Shown piece by piece: positions 38,111 through 47,907 of a stretch of DNA of 64,000 bases. The notes beneath the pieces are model-generated. The model was not told where the DNA came from and ran no database searches. It saw only the letters and a list, made by a program, of their open reading frames with translations. How positions within the stretch are numbered: the first letter of the stretch is position 1; every line of letters begins with the position of its first letter. Both the position numbers and the translations under genes were made by a program. The DNA lies in NCBI GenBank assembly GCA_003222085.1, contig QHUK01000017.1:65928-129927 (forward strand), read 5' to 3'. Origin of the DNA: Gemmatimonadota bacterium (GTDB taxonomy: Bacteria; Gemmatimonadota; Gemmatimonadetes; Gemmatimonadales; GWC2-71-9).

Positions 38111-39300
38111 CGTTGCCTCTGGAGCAGCACGCTGGTCACCCGGCGTCGGTCCACCCGCTCCACCACGACCTGATACCCGTCGAGCGTCAGCTCGTCGCCG
38201 GCGCGGGGCACGCGCCCGAGGACCGAGTAGACGAGGCCGCCCACCGTCGAGACTTCCGGGTGCTCGAAGGGGCGCCCCAGCGCCTGCGAGAGGTCGTCGA
38301 GCGTGACTCGTCCATCCACCCAGTAGCGGTCGCCGTCCTGACGGATCGAGGGCGCTTCGCCCACGTCGTGCTCGTCGTGGATTTCTCCGACGATCTCCTC
38401 GAGGATGTCCTCGAGCGTGATGAGCCCGGACGTGCCGCCGAACTCGTCGACCACGATCGCGAGATGTGCGGGGCCCCGCTGGAAGTCACGGAGCTGGCTG
38501 TCGAGCGTTTTCGTCTCCGGCACGAAGGCCGCGGGCCGCACCAGATCCTGCCAGCGTGGGGCGGCGGTGGCGCCTTCCCCGCCGAGACCCATGGCGAACG
38601 GCACCAGGTCCTTCGCGAAGACGACGCCGGCGATGGTGTCCGGCGTCCCGTCGTACACGGGGAGACGCGAGTGCTCGCTTTGTCGAAATGCCTCGATCAC
38701 GTCGTCGCTGGGCGCCGCGAGGTCGACGGCGACCATGTCCAGCCGGGGCGTCATGACCTCGTCCACGCGCGTGTCCGCCAGCGTGAACACGCCGAGCAGC
38801 ATGTCGCGTTGCGCGGCGCCGAGATCGGGCTCGAGGGGGCGCGGCGTCGCGACGAGGCCGTGCAGGCCCTTGTCGACCCACGCGAGGAGCCAGAGGAGCA
38901 GGCCGAACGGCGCGAGGGTGCGGCGCGCGAGCGGCAGCGCGGTCGCGGCGAGCTCGGGCGCGACCCGGGCCAGGCTCCGCGGCAGCGCGTCACCGACGAT
39001 GAACAGGAACGTCGCCGCCACCGCCCAGCTTCCCAGCGCCTCCGCCCAGGGCCGGTCCCACCAGCCGAGGGCGTGGCCCGCCGCGACCGCGCCGAGGACG
39101 AGGAGCGCGAGGCGGGCCACGTGCAGCGCGCGGTGCAACGGCACGCGCGCGCCGACGGTCGTGGGCGGCGCGTCGCCCAGCGTATGGAGTGCCTCACCCA
39201 CGGCGGCCTCCTCCCCGAGGGCCAAGAGGCCGGCCCACAGCGCCGCCGCCCCGGCCACCAGGGCGCCGCCCAGGGTCAACGCCGCGCCCGTGAACGTCAT
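38107..39300 (-). CDS. CNNM/CorC-type protein (DUF21, CBS pair, CorC_HlyC), paralog of the downstream gene
   Basis: ATG at 39300 (MTFTGAALTLGG...) forms an ATGA overlap with the ybeY stop. Contains VDEVMTPRLDMV, HSRLPVY, HLAIVVDEFGGTSGLITLEDILEEIVGEI and GDELTLDGYQVVV. Confidence 0.85.
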   Translation of the reverse strand: MTFTGAALTLGGALVAGAAALWAGLLALGEEAAVGEALHTLGDAPPTTVGARVPLHRALHVARLALLVLGAVAAGHALGWWDRPWAEALGSWAVAATFLFIVGDALPRSLARVAPELAATALPLARRTLAPFGLLLWLLAWVDKGLHGLVATPRPLEPDLGAAQRDMLLGVFTLADTRVDEVMTPRLDMVAVDLAAPSDDVIEAFRQSEHSRLPVYDGTPDTIAGVVFAKDLVPFAMGLGGEGATAAPRWQDLVRPAAFVPETKTLDSQLRDFQRGPAHLAIVVDEFGGTSGLITLEDILEEIVGEIHDEHDVGEAPSIRQDGDRYWVDGRVTLDDLSQALGRPFEHPEVSTVGGLVYSVLGRVPRAGDELTLDGYQVVVERVDRRRVTSVLLQRQR

Positions 39301-39749
39301 CGTTCCGCCCCCCGGCGCCCGAGCACCCGGTGAACGTAGCGCTCCTGGCGGCGCCACATGGCGGAGCGCGTTCGGCCCGGCCCGTCGGGGTGGTCGTAGC
39401 CGAGGACGTGCAACGTGCCGTGCACGGTCAACCGCACGAGCTCTTCCTCCACCCGTCGCGCGTCCCCCGTGCCTCGTCCTCCGTTCCTCACCCAGCGCTC
39501 CGCGGCGGCGGGGCAGATGTACACGTCGCCGAGGAGGGCACCGTCGGGTTGTGGCAGCGCGAACGCCAGGACGTCGGTCAGGCCGCGCCGGCCGGTGACG
39601 CGGCGGTTGAGGCGGCGCATGGCGGCGGCGTCGAGCAGCGCGAGCTCCACGCGCGCGCGCCTGCCCCGGGCGCCTTCCCAGGCCAAGATCTGCCCCACCG
39701 CGCGCTCAAGCCTTGGCCGCAGGTTGCCACGTCGCCGTGATGCCGCCAC
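39297..39749 (-). CDS. ybeY: Endoribonuclease YbeY (rRNA maturation factor)
   Basis: 150 aa with TDVLAF and the zinc motif HGTLHVLGYDH. The start at 39749 overlaps the upstream gene by 44 nt. GTG at 39698 is a shorter alternative. Confidence 0.85.
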   Translation of the reverse strand: MAASRRRGNLRPRLERAVGQILAWEGARGRRARVELALLDAAAMRRLNRRVTGRRGLTDVLAFALPQPDGALLGDVYICPAAAERWVRNGGRGTGDARRVEEELVRLTVHGTLHVLGYDHPDGPGRTRSAMWRRQERYVHRVLGRRGAER

Positions 39750-41883
39750 TGGACTCCGGATAGTCGATGCGGTTGTGGTACATGCCGGTGATGATGCGCA
39801 CGAATTCCTGTTTCACCTGGTCGATCTGCCGCAATGTCATGGGCGCCTCGTCGAGCTGACCGGCGTTCAGCTTGGTGCGCACGATATGGTCGATCACCTC
39901 TGCGATTTTCTGCGGCGTCAGGTCCTCGAGCACGCGCAGCGCCGCCTCGACCGAGTCCGCGAGCATCGTAATGGCCGTCTCGGCGGAGTGCGGCTTGGGC
40001 CCGGGGTAGACGTAGTCGCTCGGGCGCGGGGTCCCGCCGTCGCCGCTCTTCTTCGCGCGGTCCAGGAAGTACGTAATCTCGGTTGTGCCGTGGTGCTCCG
40101 GAATGAAGGCCGCCACGGCTTCGGGCAGCCTCGCCTCGGCGGCGAGGACGAGCCCGTCCGTGACGTGCGCCTTGATGATCTGGGCCGACTGATGGGCTTT
40201 GAGCCGGTCGTGCGGGTTGTTGCCGCGCGTCTGGTTCTCGACGAAGTACTGCGGGTTCTTGATCTTCCCGATGTCGTGGTAGTAGCACCCCACGCGACCG
40301 AGCAGGCCGTCGGCGCCGATCCGGTTGCAGGCCGCTTCCACGAGGTTCGCCATGGCCACGGAATGGGCATAGGTCCCCGGCGCCTCGAGCGACAGCCGTC
40401 GCAACAGCGGCCGGCTGGGGTCGGAGAGCTCGAGCAGGGTGAGGTCGGTCGTGATGCCGGTGATCGACTCGGCGACCGGCAACAGGAAGAACGTGAGCCC
40501 GGCCGACACCAGGCCGTTCGCCGCGCCCCACACTCCCCGAAGGCCGATTTCCGCGACCGTCCAGCTCCCGGCGAGGCCCAGCGCGACGGCGCCCGCGAGA
40601 TACCCGAGCGCGATGATCAGCACCGGCACGTAGAAGTTGCTCCGGCGACGCAGCACCCGCACCGTGAGGGCTGCCGTGACGCCACCGACGACACACAGGA
40701 ACAGAGCGGGCAGGTCGTGGAACACCGGCTGCAGGCCGATCACGATCGCGAGGATCATGGCGGCGATCATCGAGACACGCCCGTTGAACAGGACCGTCAG
40801 CAGCATGGCCATGAAGGGCAGGATGATGATCTCGGCGTGCTGCGGGGCGAAGCGCGCCACGGCCGCCGCCTGCAGCAGCACGAGCGCGAACAAGCCGCCG
40901 ATCAACGCGACCTGCCGTCGCTCGCGATACGTCTCGCGGCGGTAAAACACCAACAGCACCCAGAAGATCGCGAGGATGAGCGAGTCCCGGAGGACGGGCC
41001 CGAACACACCGCCGGGCGAGCGGCTGGTCGCCGCGCCGCGGCGGACCAGGTCCGAATGCAGCGCCACGAGCTTCTCGTGGGCCTCGTTCGTCACCACTTC
41101 GTGCGCGCCCACGATGCGGTCCCCGGCGCGCACGATGTATTTGCTCGGGTCCACGCTGCGGCGGAGCTCGTCACGCCGCCGCTCGGTCTCGAGCGTGTTG
41201 GGGATGAGCGTCGGTCGGAAAAAATGTCCCGCGAGCCGGACGTAGAGCTGGTCGCCGACGCTCGAGCCTTTGTCGGGGTGAATGGCGCGGGCCCGCGTGA
41301 GGTATTGCGCATACGTGAGCACCTGGTCGCGCGACACCGACTGCTCGCCCGAGCGGCGGCGCACGATGAGCTCCGGAGCCTGTTCGACCTGCAGCACACC
41401 CGGCCCGGTCACCCCGAGCGCCAGCGCGCGGTCGAACAGCTCGCTCAGCGCCCGCTCCAGGGCGTGCCGCTTGCCGCCCTTGGCCAGGTAGGCGGCCTCC
41501 GGGGCTCCCAGGGCGAACCCGTGGGCTTTCGCCACCTGGAGGATCGCCGCCGCTCCGCCCTGGTCCGCCGCGGTCTCCACGCTCGAGAAAAACGCGTGCA
41601 TGGCGATCTTCGCGCTGTCGAGCGCCCGCTCCTGGTACTGATAGATCGGCTTCACGGTGCTCGCGAGCTCCTCCGCCTCGCGCGCGAGCTCCTGATCCGA
41701 CTTGTTGACCGGGAACGTGAACGGGGCGATCACGTCGCGATCCGCCACCGCGCCGGGCTCGAGCAGCGGCGCCACGTTGGTCGCGCTCGAGGGAAACACG
41801 AGGGATGCGAGCAGCGCCAGGCCCACCACCCACGCCCAGCGGCTGCCGTGATAGCGCAGCTCCTCCTTCGTGGGGAGCCTCAT
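39706..41883 (-). CDS. 7TM-receptor-linked HD phosphohydrolase (PgpH/YqfF type)
   Basis: 725 aa. N-terminal extracellular region, a block of seven hydrophobic helices, and a C-terminal HD domain (HSVAMANLVEAA, CYYHDIGK, IPEHHGTT). Confidence 0.85.
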   Translation of the reverse strand: MRLPTKEELRYHGSRWAWVVGLALLASLVFPSSATNVAPLLEPGAVADRDVIAPFTFPVNKSDQELAREAEELASTVKPIYQYQERALDSAKIAMHAFFSSVETAADQGGAAAILQVAKAHGFALGAPEAAYLAKGGKRHALERALSELFDRALALGVTGPGVLQVEQAPELIVRRRSGEQSVSRDQVLTYAQYLTRARAIHPDKGSSVGDQLYVRLAGHFFRPTLIPNTLETERRRDELRRSVDPSKYIVRAGDRIVGAHEVVTNEAHEKLVALHSDLVRRGAATSRSPGGVFGPVLRDSLILAIFWVLLVFYRRETYRERRQVALIGGLFALVLLQAAAVARFAPQHAEIIILPFMAMLLTVLFNGRVSMIAAMILAIVIGLQPVFHDLPALFLCVVGGVTAALTVRVLRRRSNFYVPVLIIALGYLAGAVALGLAGSWTVAEIGLRGVWGAANGLVSAGLTFFLLPVAESITGITTDLTLLELSDPSRPLLRRLSLEAPGTYAHSVAMANLVEAACNRIGADGLLGRVGCYYHDIGKIKNPQYFVENQTRGNNPHDRLKAHQSAQIIKAHVTDGLVLAAEARLPEAVAAFIPEHHGTTEITYFLDRAKKSGDGGTPRPSDYVYPGPKPHSAETAITMLADSVEAALRVLEDLTPQKIAEVIDHIVRTKLNAGQLDEAPMTLRQIDQVKQEFVRIITGMYHNRIDYPESSGGITATWQPAAKA

Positions 41884-41884
41884 G

Positions 41885-42847
41885 TCAACCCTGTGCGTCC
41901 TCGGCGTACGCCCGGATGATGTCGCGCACCAGCCGGTGGCGTACGACGTCCCCGTCCCCCAGGTAGCAGAACCCGATCCCTTCGATCCCGGGCAGGATCC
42001 GCTCGACTTGGAGCAGTCCGGAATCCTCTCGGTTGGCCAGGTCGATCTGCGTCTTGTCCCCCGTGATCACGGCCCGCGAGTTCACCCCCAGGCGCGTCAG
42101 AAACATCTTCATCTGCATCCCGGTCGCGTTTTGGGCCTCGTCGAGAATCACGAAGGCGTCGGACAGGGTGCGACCCCGCATGTACGCGAGCGGCGCGATC
42201 TCGATCGTGCGGTTGTCGATCGCCTTCTGGACGCGGTCGCGGGGCATCATGTCCTCCAGCGCGTCGTACAGCGGTCGCAGGTAGGGGTCCACCTTCTCGT
42301 GCAGATCGCCGGGGAGGAAGCCGAGGCTCTCCCCCGCCTCGACGGCCGGGCGTGCGAGCACGATGCGCCGCACCCGCTTGCGCGCCAGCGCGTCCACGGC
42401 CGCGGCCACCGCGAGGTACGTCTTCCCCGTACCGGCCGGGCCGATGCCGATCACGATGTCGTGCTGCGCAATCGCCTGGAGATACTCCCGCTGCCCTGCG
42501 GTCTTCGCCTGGATCACGCGGCGCAGGCCGGGGAGGATGATCTTGTAGTCGCCGTCGGCGGTGTGGCCGGCCGGCCCCGGCGATTCCTGGCTCACGATCC
42601 GGTCGACGTCGGCCACGTCCAGCGGCTCGCCCCCCCCCATGCGCACGAGGTCGACGAGCGCCTGGGCCACCGGCACCGCCCGCTCGACGGCGGGGAGCGG
42701 GCCGTGCAGCATGAGCGTGTCGCCGCGCAGCGACACCCGAACGCCGAGCCGCTGCGCGAGCGCGACCAGATTGCCGTCGTTCACGCCGGCGAGCGCCAGC
42801 GGATCCACGCCCTCGGTCGAGAGCCGGTGGGTGATCTCGTCACTCAT
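41885..42847 (-). CDS. phoH: PhoH-family ATPase
   Basis: 320 aa with Walker A GIGPAGTGKTYLAVAAAV and Walker B FVILDEAQN. It sits in the conserved phoH-pgpH-ybeY-corC order. Confidence 0.9.
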   Translation of the reverse strand: MSDEITHRLSTEGVDPLALAGVNDGNLVALAQRLGVRVSLRGDTLMLHGPLPAVERAVPVAQALVDLVRMGGGEPLDVADVDRIVSQESPGPAGHTADGDYKIILPGLRRVIQAKTAGQREYLQAIAQHDIVIGIGPAGTGKTYLAVAAAVDALARKRVRRIVLARPAVEAGESLGFLPGDLHEKVDPYLRPLYDALEDMMPRDRVQKAIDNRTIEIAPLAYMRGRTLSDAFVILDEAQNATGMQMKMFLTRLGVNSRAVITGDKTQIDLANREDSGLLQVERILPGIEGIGFCYLGDGDVVRHRLVRDIIRAYAEDAQG

Positions 42848-44634
42848 GGCTTGACCTCGATGTGGAGCGCCGCCAGGTCTCCCGGGGCGGCCGGCGCGGG
42901 CGCGCCCTCGAACAGGGCACGCGCGGTCGTCGTCTTGGGAAAGGCGATCACGTCGCGCAGGCTTCCCGCTCCCGCGAGCAGCATGACCACGCGGTCGAAG
43001 CCGATGGCGAATCCGCCGTGGGGCGGCGCGCCCGCCTGCAGTCCGCTCAACAGGAAGCCGAACCGGGCCTCGGCGTCTTCCCGCGACATGCCGAGGTGGC
43101 CGAAGACGCGGCGCTGCACCGCGGGGTCGGTGATCCGGATGGATCCCGAGCCCAGCTCGTTGCCGTTGTAGACCGCATCGTAGTGCAGCGCGCGACAGCT
43201 GAAGGGGTCGGTGTCGAGCCGCGCCAGGTCGTCGGGGTGCGGCGAGGTGAACGGGTGATGTGCGAATACCGGCTTCCCCGTCTCCGGTTCGGGCTCGAAT
43301 AGCGGGAAGTCCACGACCCAGCAGAACGCGTGTGCCGCCTTGGGCTGGAACTCGAGGCGGCGGATCACCTCCTGGCGCACCCGGTCGAGCACGGGGGACG
43401 TCACGCGATCAGGACCGACCGCCATCAGGGCCGCGTCACCGTCGCCGACGCCCAGCTGTCCGAGCGTCTCGGCGGTGAAGTGCTTGCCGACCGATCCCGA
43501 GATGTGCTCCCCCTGTCGCTTCACCCACGCGAGGCCCGAGCCGCCGAGCTGCTTCGCGGCTTCGGCGAGCTGATCCACGTCTTTGCGCGACAGCCCGCCG
43601 CCGCCCTTGACCGCGAGGCCCCGTACCCGCGCGCCGTCTTTCAGCGTCGACTCAACGAACGGCACGGCGAGCGGCTTCACCTGCGCCGTCCAATCCGCGA
43701 TCGAGAGCTCGTAGCGCAGGTCGGGCTTGTCGGTGCCGTAGCGCTCCATCGCCTCGCGCCAGGTGATGCGCGGGAACGGCCGAGCGATCTTGTGGCCCGC
43801 CTCGTCCCACAGGGCGACCAGCACCGCCTCCACGTAGCCGAGCACGTCTTCCATCCCGACGAACGACGCCTCGAGGTCGATCTGCGTGAACTCCGGTTGG
43901 CGGTCGTTGCGGAGGTCCTCGTCCCGGAAACAGCGCGCCAGCTGGAAATAGCGGTCGAAGCCGGACACCATGAGCAGCTGCTTGTAGATCTGGGGCGACT
44001 GCGGCAAGGCGTAGAACTCCCCGGGGTGCACGCGCGCCGGCACGAGGTAGTCGCGCGCGCCCTCCGGGGTCGGCTTGGTGAGGACCGGCGTCTCGATCTC
44101 GAGAAACTCGAGATCGGACAGTGTCCGGCGCGCCCGCTGCAGCAGCCGGTGACGCAGCATGAGGTTGCCCTGCATCTCCGGGCGACGCAGGTCCAGGTGG
44201 CGATGCCTGAGCCGCAACTCCTCCGCCGGGAGCTCTTCCCCCTTCCCGCGTGCCACCGGGATGGCGGGCGTCACGGCCGGGCCTAGGACGGCGAGCTTCG
44301 TGGCCTGAACCTCCACGTCGCCGGTCGCGAGCTCGGGGTTCTTCATGTTCGCGGGGCGGGCCGTCACCTGGCCCTCCACCTCGACGACCGTCTCGCTCGT
44401 GAGCTCGCCCGCCACGCGCCGCACCTCCGCCGGGGCCGTCGGTCCGGCAGCGACCTGAACGACCCCCGCTCGGTCGCGGAGGTCGATGAATACGATCCCC
44501 CCGAGATCCCGGCGACGGTGCACCCAGCCCCCCAGCCGCACCCGTTGGCCCACGTGCTGCAGGCGCAACTCGCCGCAGCGGTGCGTCCGTCTCGAGGTGG
44601 AACCAAAGCTGTCTATGGTACCTCCGCCTCGCAC
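42844..44634 (-). CDS. aspS: Aspartate--tRNA ligase
   Basis: Class II motifs are present: FRDEDLRNDRQPEFTQIDLE and GGFAIGFDRVVMLL. The N-terminal OB domain is RTHRCGELRLQHVGQRVRLGGWVHRRRDLGGIVFIDLRD. The only in-frame canonical start near the N-terminus is GTG at 44634 (596 aa), which overlaps the ptsN-like stop by 22 nt. The 759-aa track ORF is over-extended. Confidence 0.9.
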   Translation of the reverse strand: MRGGGTIDSFGSTSRRTHRCGELRLQHVGQRVRLGGWVHRRRDLGGIVFIDLRDRAGVVQVAAGPTAPAEVRRVAGELTSETVVEVEGQVTARPANMKNPELATGDVEVQATKLAVLGPAVTPAIPVARGKGEELPAEELRLRHRHLDLRRPEMQGNLMLRHRLLQRARRTLSDLEFLEIETPVLTKPTPEGARDYLVPARVHPGEFYALPQSPQIYKQLLMVSGFDRYFQLARCFRDEDLRNDRQPEFTQIDLEASFVGMEDVLGYVEAVLVALWDEAGHKIARPFPRITWREAMERYGTDKPDLRYELSIADWTAQVKPLAVPFVESTLKDGARVRGLAVKGGGGLSRKDVDQLAEAAKQLGGSGLAWVKRQGEHISGSVGKHFTAETLGQLGVGDGDAALMAVGPDRVTSPVLDRVRQEVIRRLEFQPKAAHAFCWVVDFPLFEPEPETGKPVFAHHPFTSPHPDDLARLDTDPFSCRALHYDAVYNGNELGSGSIRITDPAVQRRVFGHLGMSREDAEARFGFLLSGLQAGAPPHGGFAIGFDRVVMLLAGAGSLRDVIAFPKTTTARALFEGAPAPAAPGDLAALHIEVKP

Positions 44635-45068
44635 AGCACGCGGTAGAATTCTTCGGGCGTGCGGGCACTCAAGAGCCGGTCTCGCACCGGCTCGCGACGC
44701 ACCAGCCGCGAGATCCGGCTCAACGCCTTCACATGGGACCCGGCGCACGATTCCGGGCCGGCCAGGAGAAAGAACAGACGGACCGGCTCGCCATCGATCG
44801 TCTCGTACGGCACCGGTGCGGGCGTCGTCCCCGCCACGACGACCAGGGCGGAGAGGACCGGCGTTTTTCCGTGTGGGACAGCGACGCCGTAGCCGATGCC
44901 GGTGGGGAACTGCTTTTCCCGCTCGAGAATGGCGCCCAGGACTTCCTCGGACGGTCCTCCGTTGCCGACCGCGGCCACGTCCACCAGTTCCCGGAGCACC
45001 CCCTCTTTGTCGGTCGCGTGCAGGGGGACCAGGATGCGAGCGGGGGTCAACAGCTCGGACAGGCGCAC
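44613..45068 (-). CDS. PTS EIIA (fructose/nitrogen-regulatory PtsN type) domain protein
   Basis: 151 aa. Contains LSELLTPARILVPL, FPTGIGYGVAVPHGK (phosphorylatable His) and LFFLLAGPE. Confidence 0.8.
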   Translation of the reverse strand: MRLSELLTPARILVPLHATDKEGVLRELVDVAAVGNGGPSEEVLGAILEREKQFPTGIGYGVAVPHGKTPVLSALVVVAGTTPAPVPYETIDGEPVRLFFLLAGPESCAGSHVKALSRISRLVRREPVRDRLLSARTPEEFYRVLCEAEVP

Positions 45069-45094
45069 GGTGATCCAAGTGTCCTAAGCGATTG

Positions 45095-45123
45095 AAGATA
45101 GTTAAGTTAGGGTTGACATGCAA
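45095..45123 (-). promoter_or_regulatory. Candidate sigma70-type promoter for the ptsN-aspS... array (TTGCAT-17-TATCTT)
   Basis: Minus strand reads TTGCAT (45123..45118), a 17-nt spacer, then TATCTT (45100..45095), about 27 nt upstream of the GTG at 45068. This stretch is the only AT-richer one in the divergent intergenic region. Confidence 0.3.
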
Positions 45124-45146
45124 CGCATTTCCCGAGCGGCACTTAC

Positions 45147-46211
45147 ATGGTCGATTTGCTGAGCCTCGTCCCCGACGCGGCTCGCGCCGCGCTCGCCGAG
45201 TGGCTCGCCGAGCGCGACGAGCCGGCCTACCGCGCCCGACAGGTTTTCCGCCGGCTGTGGGAGCGGCCGGTGGAGTCGTGGGACGACGCGACCGAGCTGC
45301 CCGCCGCGCTGCGGCGGGCGTTGGCAGCGGCGCTTCCGCTGCGCCGGTTGCCGCTGTCGGCGCGTCAGGTGTCGCGAGACGGCACGGAGAAGTACCTCTG
45401 GGATCTGGGGGACGGGGAGGCGGTAGAGTCGGTACTGATCCCTGAGGGGAAGCGGCGCACGCTGTGTATCTCGTCCCAGGTCGGGTGCGCGCTGGGCTGC
45501 GTGTTCTGCGCCACCGGGCGCATGGGCTTTCGTCGGAACCTGTCGGTCGCGGAGATCGCGTGTCAGGTGCGCGAGGTGATGCTGCTGGACGCGGCGCTGA
45601 AACCGACGAACGTCGTCTTCATGGGGATGGGCGAGCCGCTGCTCAACTGGGACGCCGTGGACGGCGCGCTCACGATTCTCAACCACCCGGAGGGACTCGG
45701 GATCGGGGCGCGGCACATCACGGTCTCGACCGTGGGCATCCTGCCGAGCCTCGCCAAGCTCGCGCAACGGCCCGAGCAGTTTCGGCTGGCCCTCTCGCTG
45801 CACGCGCCGTCACCGGAGCTGCGGCATGAGCTGATGCCGATAGAGAAGAAGTACACGCTGCCGGTGGTGATGGCCGCCGTGGCGCGATTCCGGCGGCGGG
45901 TAACACTCGAGTACGTGCTGATCGAGGGAAAGAACGACGCGCTCGAGCAGGCGGATGAGCTGGCTCGGCTCGCGCGGCCGCTCGGCGCGCTCGTCAACCT
46001 GCTGCCACTCCACCCCGGCGGCGCGCCGGATCTGTCGCCGAGTCCCCGGGCGCACATGCTCGCGTTCGAGCGGCGGCTCCGGCGGCACGGGATCGAGGCG
46101 GTGCTGCGCCGCAGCCGTGGGCTCGATATCAGCGCCGCCTGCGGGCAGCTACGGGTGGAACTTGAGGCGCGGCGTAAAGTCCGCACCGAGGAGCACGCTC
46201 GCGTCGAGTAA
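45147..46211 (+). CDS. rlmN: 23S rRNA/tRNA adenine-C2 methyltransferase RlmN (radical SAM)
   Basis: 354 aa. Contains YRARQVFRRLW, the radical SAM motif SSQVGCALGCVFCATG, MGMGEPLLN and a C-terminal AACGQL. Confidence 0.9.
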   Translation: MVDLLSLVPDAARAALAEWLAERDEPAYRARQVFRRLWERPVESWDDATELPAALRRALAAALPLRRLPLSARQVSRDGTEKYLWDLGDGEAVESVLIPEGKRRTLCISSQVGCALGCVFCATGRMGFRRNLSVAEIACQVREVMLLDAALKPTNVVFMGMGEPLLNWDAVDGALTILNHPEGLGIGARHITVSTVGILPSLAKLAQRPEQFRLALSLHAPSPELRHELMPIEKKYTLPVVMAAVARFRRRVTLEYVLIEGKNDALEQADELARLARPLGALVNLLPLHPGGAPDLSPSPRAHMLAFERRLRRHGIEAVLRRSRGLDISAACGQLRVELEARRKVRTEEHARVE

Positions 46212-46559
46212 CCGCGCGCTGTCGGGTTGCACGACGACCCGGCCCAGCCCCAACGCCCGACGCACTCGTCGCCCCACCTCTTCGGTTCCGCGGCGCACCA
46301 CGATGCGCGTCGAATCGAGCGTTCCCATCGTCGCCGGTGCGTTGCCGTAGGTGAGCACGTCGATGCCGGCGTGCCGGAGCATCCGCGTTCCGATCCTCGC
46401 GAGCCCCGGCGTGCCACTCGCGTTCAGCACCTCCACCGTCACGCGCGGCCCCGCGCTCCCTGCCCCGGGCACGGGGAGCGCGGCGCCGCCCCCGCGGTCT
46501 CCCCGGCAGGCAGCGAGCGCCGTGGCGCCGGCGATCAGTATCCGACGAGCGCGTTCCAG
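46149..46559 (-). CDS. LytR_C (LytR/CpsA/Psr C-terminal) domain lipoprotein; start uncertain
   Basis: The domain reads PRVTVEVLNASGTPGLARIGTRMLRHAGIDVLTYGNA...VVQPD...ASVLLGADF, preceded by the lipobox-like ILIAGATALAAC. No ATG, GTG or TTG lies in frame between the upstream gene and the lipobox. The only candidates are CTG (46559 or 46538) and ATA (46541). Confidence 0.5.
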   Translation of the reverse strand: MERARRILIAGATALAACRGDRGGGAALPVPGAGSAGPRVTVEVLNASGTPGLARIGTRMLRHAGIDVLTYGNAPATMGTLDSTRIVVRRGTEEVGRRVRRALGLGRVVVQPDSARLLDASVLLGADFTPRLKFHP

Positions 46560-47032
46560 AAGTCCACGGTCTCGCGGGGGAGCGGCCAGCGGCTGTCGAT
46601 GACCCGCGCGACGCGGCGGGCCGCGACCTGTTTCAGAATCGCGTCGCGCTCGTCGGGCACGCGGGCTGCGAGCGAGCGCCGCAGCTCCTGATCGAACGAT
46701 CTGCCCGGCTCGAGATAATCCGCCAGATAGAGCATCCTGCCGACGTCGTCCCATTGAGCGTAACCGAGCGAGTGGTAGCGCACCGCGTCGAGCACTCCCC
46801 GGTCGGCCTCGCCGGTCTGCGCGGCGCGTTCGGCCGCGAGCGGGCCGTGGAGGAGCTCGTTTGCCGCGGGCGCGTCGCGCAGCGCGTCGTGCAGCCAGGC
46901 CGCCTTGAGCCAGCGCGCGCGCTCGCCCTCGGGCGCGTGCATCGCCGCGGCCCAGGTGGCGAGGAGCGCGGCGACACGCTCGACATGCGCGCGGCGCTCC
47001 GGGGTGACCACCGCCCACGGAGGCAGCGCCAT
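46535..47032 (-). CDS. HD-domain protein, YqeK-like (bis(5'-nucleosyl)-tetraphosphatase family)
   Basis: ATG at 47032 (MALPPWAVVTPERRAHVERVAALL...). Contains AAWLHDALRD (HD), VRYHSLGY and MLYLADYLEPGR. 165 aa. TGATG overlap with the panC stop. Confidence 0.65.
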   Translation of the reverse strand: MALPPWAVVTPERRAHVERVAALLATWAAAMHAPEGERARWLKAAWLHDALRDAPAANELLHGPLAAERAAQTGEADRGVLDAVRYHSLGYAQWDDVGRMLYLADYLEPGRSFDQELRRSLAARVPDERDAILKQVAARRVARVIDSRWPLPRETVDFWNALVGY

Positions 47033-47901
47033 CACGCTCGCACGGCCGGGTCGGCGGCCACGCCTTCGCCGAGCACCACGTTGTCGATGAGCCGCGTCTT
47101 GCCGACCTTCGCCGCCACCAGGACCACGGTGCGGGCATCGACCCGGGCCACGGAGCGCATCTGTTCGTCCACGAGGGCCAGGTATTCGGGCGCCACGCCC
47201 GGCGCCCGCAGGACCTCGAGGCCGCGGCGCGCCAGCGGGCCGGGGTCGGCCTCCCCGCCACGCCACGCCTGCTCCACGGCGCGGAGCGCGCGCGACAGCG
47301 CGAGCGCCGCGCGGCGGTCGTCGCCCTTCAAGTAGGCGTTGCGCGACGAGAGGGCCAGGCCGTCAAGCTCTCGCACCGTGGGCGCGACGTCGATCTCGAG
47401 CCCAAAGTCCAGGTCCGCCGCCAGGCGTCGTACCAGCATCGCCTGTTGGAAGTCCTTCCGCCCGACCACCGCGATGTCGGGCTCGACGATGTGGAACAGC
47501 TTCGCGATCACGGTCAAGACGCCCGCGAAGTGCCCGGGCCGAGCCGCGCCCTCGAGCGGGTCGGCCATGGGCCCCGGGCTCACCCGGACCAGGGGCTCGG
47601 CGGGGTACATGGCCGCCGTGTCCGGGACGAAGAGACAATCGACGCCACGTTCGCCGGCGAGCTGCCGGTCGCGCTCCAGGTCGCGAGGGTACTGCGCCAG
47701 GTCCTCTGCGGGGCCGAACTGGAGGGGGTTCACGAAGATGCTCACGACCACGCGGTCGGCGCGCTCCTTCGTGCGATCGACGAGCCGCAGGTGCCCTTCG
47801 TGCAAGAACCCCATCGTCGGCACGAACCCGACGCGGCGCCCGCGGGCGCGCTCGGCGCGCGACCAGGCGCGCATCTCCTTCAGGCTTGGAAGCTCGTGCA
47901 T
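47032..47901 (-). CDS. panC: Pantoate--beta-alanine ligase
   Basis: 289 aa. Contains VGFVPTMGFLHEGHLRLV and SIFVNPLQFGP. Confidence 0.9.
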   Translation of the reverse strand: MHELPSLKEMRAWSRAERARGRRVGFVPTMGFLHEGHLRLVDRTKERADRVVVSIFVNPLQFGPAEDLAQYPRDLERDRQLAGERGVDCLFVPDTAAMYPAEPLVRVSPGPMADPLEGAARPGHFAGVLTVIAKLFHIVEPDIAVVGRKDFQQAMLVRRLAADLDFGLEIDVAPTVRELDGLALSSRNAYLKGDDRRAALALSRALRAVEQAWRGGEADPGPLARRGLEVLRAPGVAPEYLALVDEQMRSVARVDARTVVLVAAKVGKTRLIDNVVLGEGVAADPAVRA

Positions 47902-47907
47902 GGCGGC

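Noticed and set aside
45113-45141. Plus-strand TTGACA at 45113 as the rlmN promoter
   Set aside because: No acceptable -10 hexamer lies 16-18 nt downstream (the sequence there is gcggca). The ATG is only 28 nt away, so the hexamer may be coincidental or may overlap the minus-strand promoter candidate.
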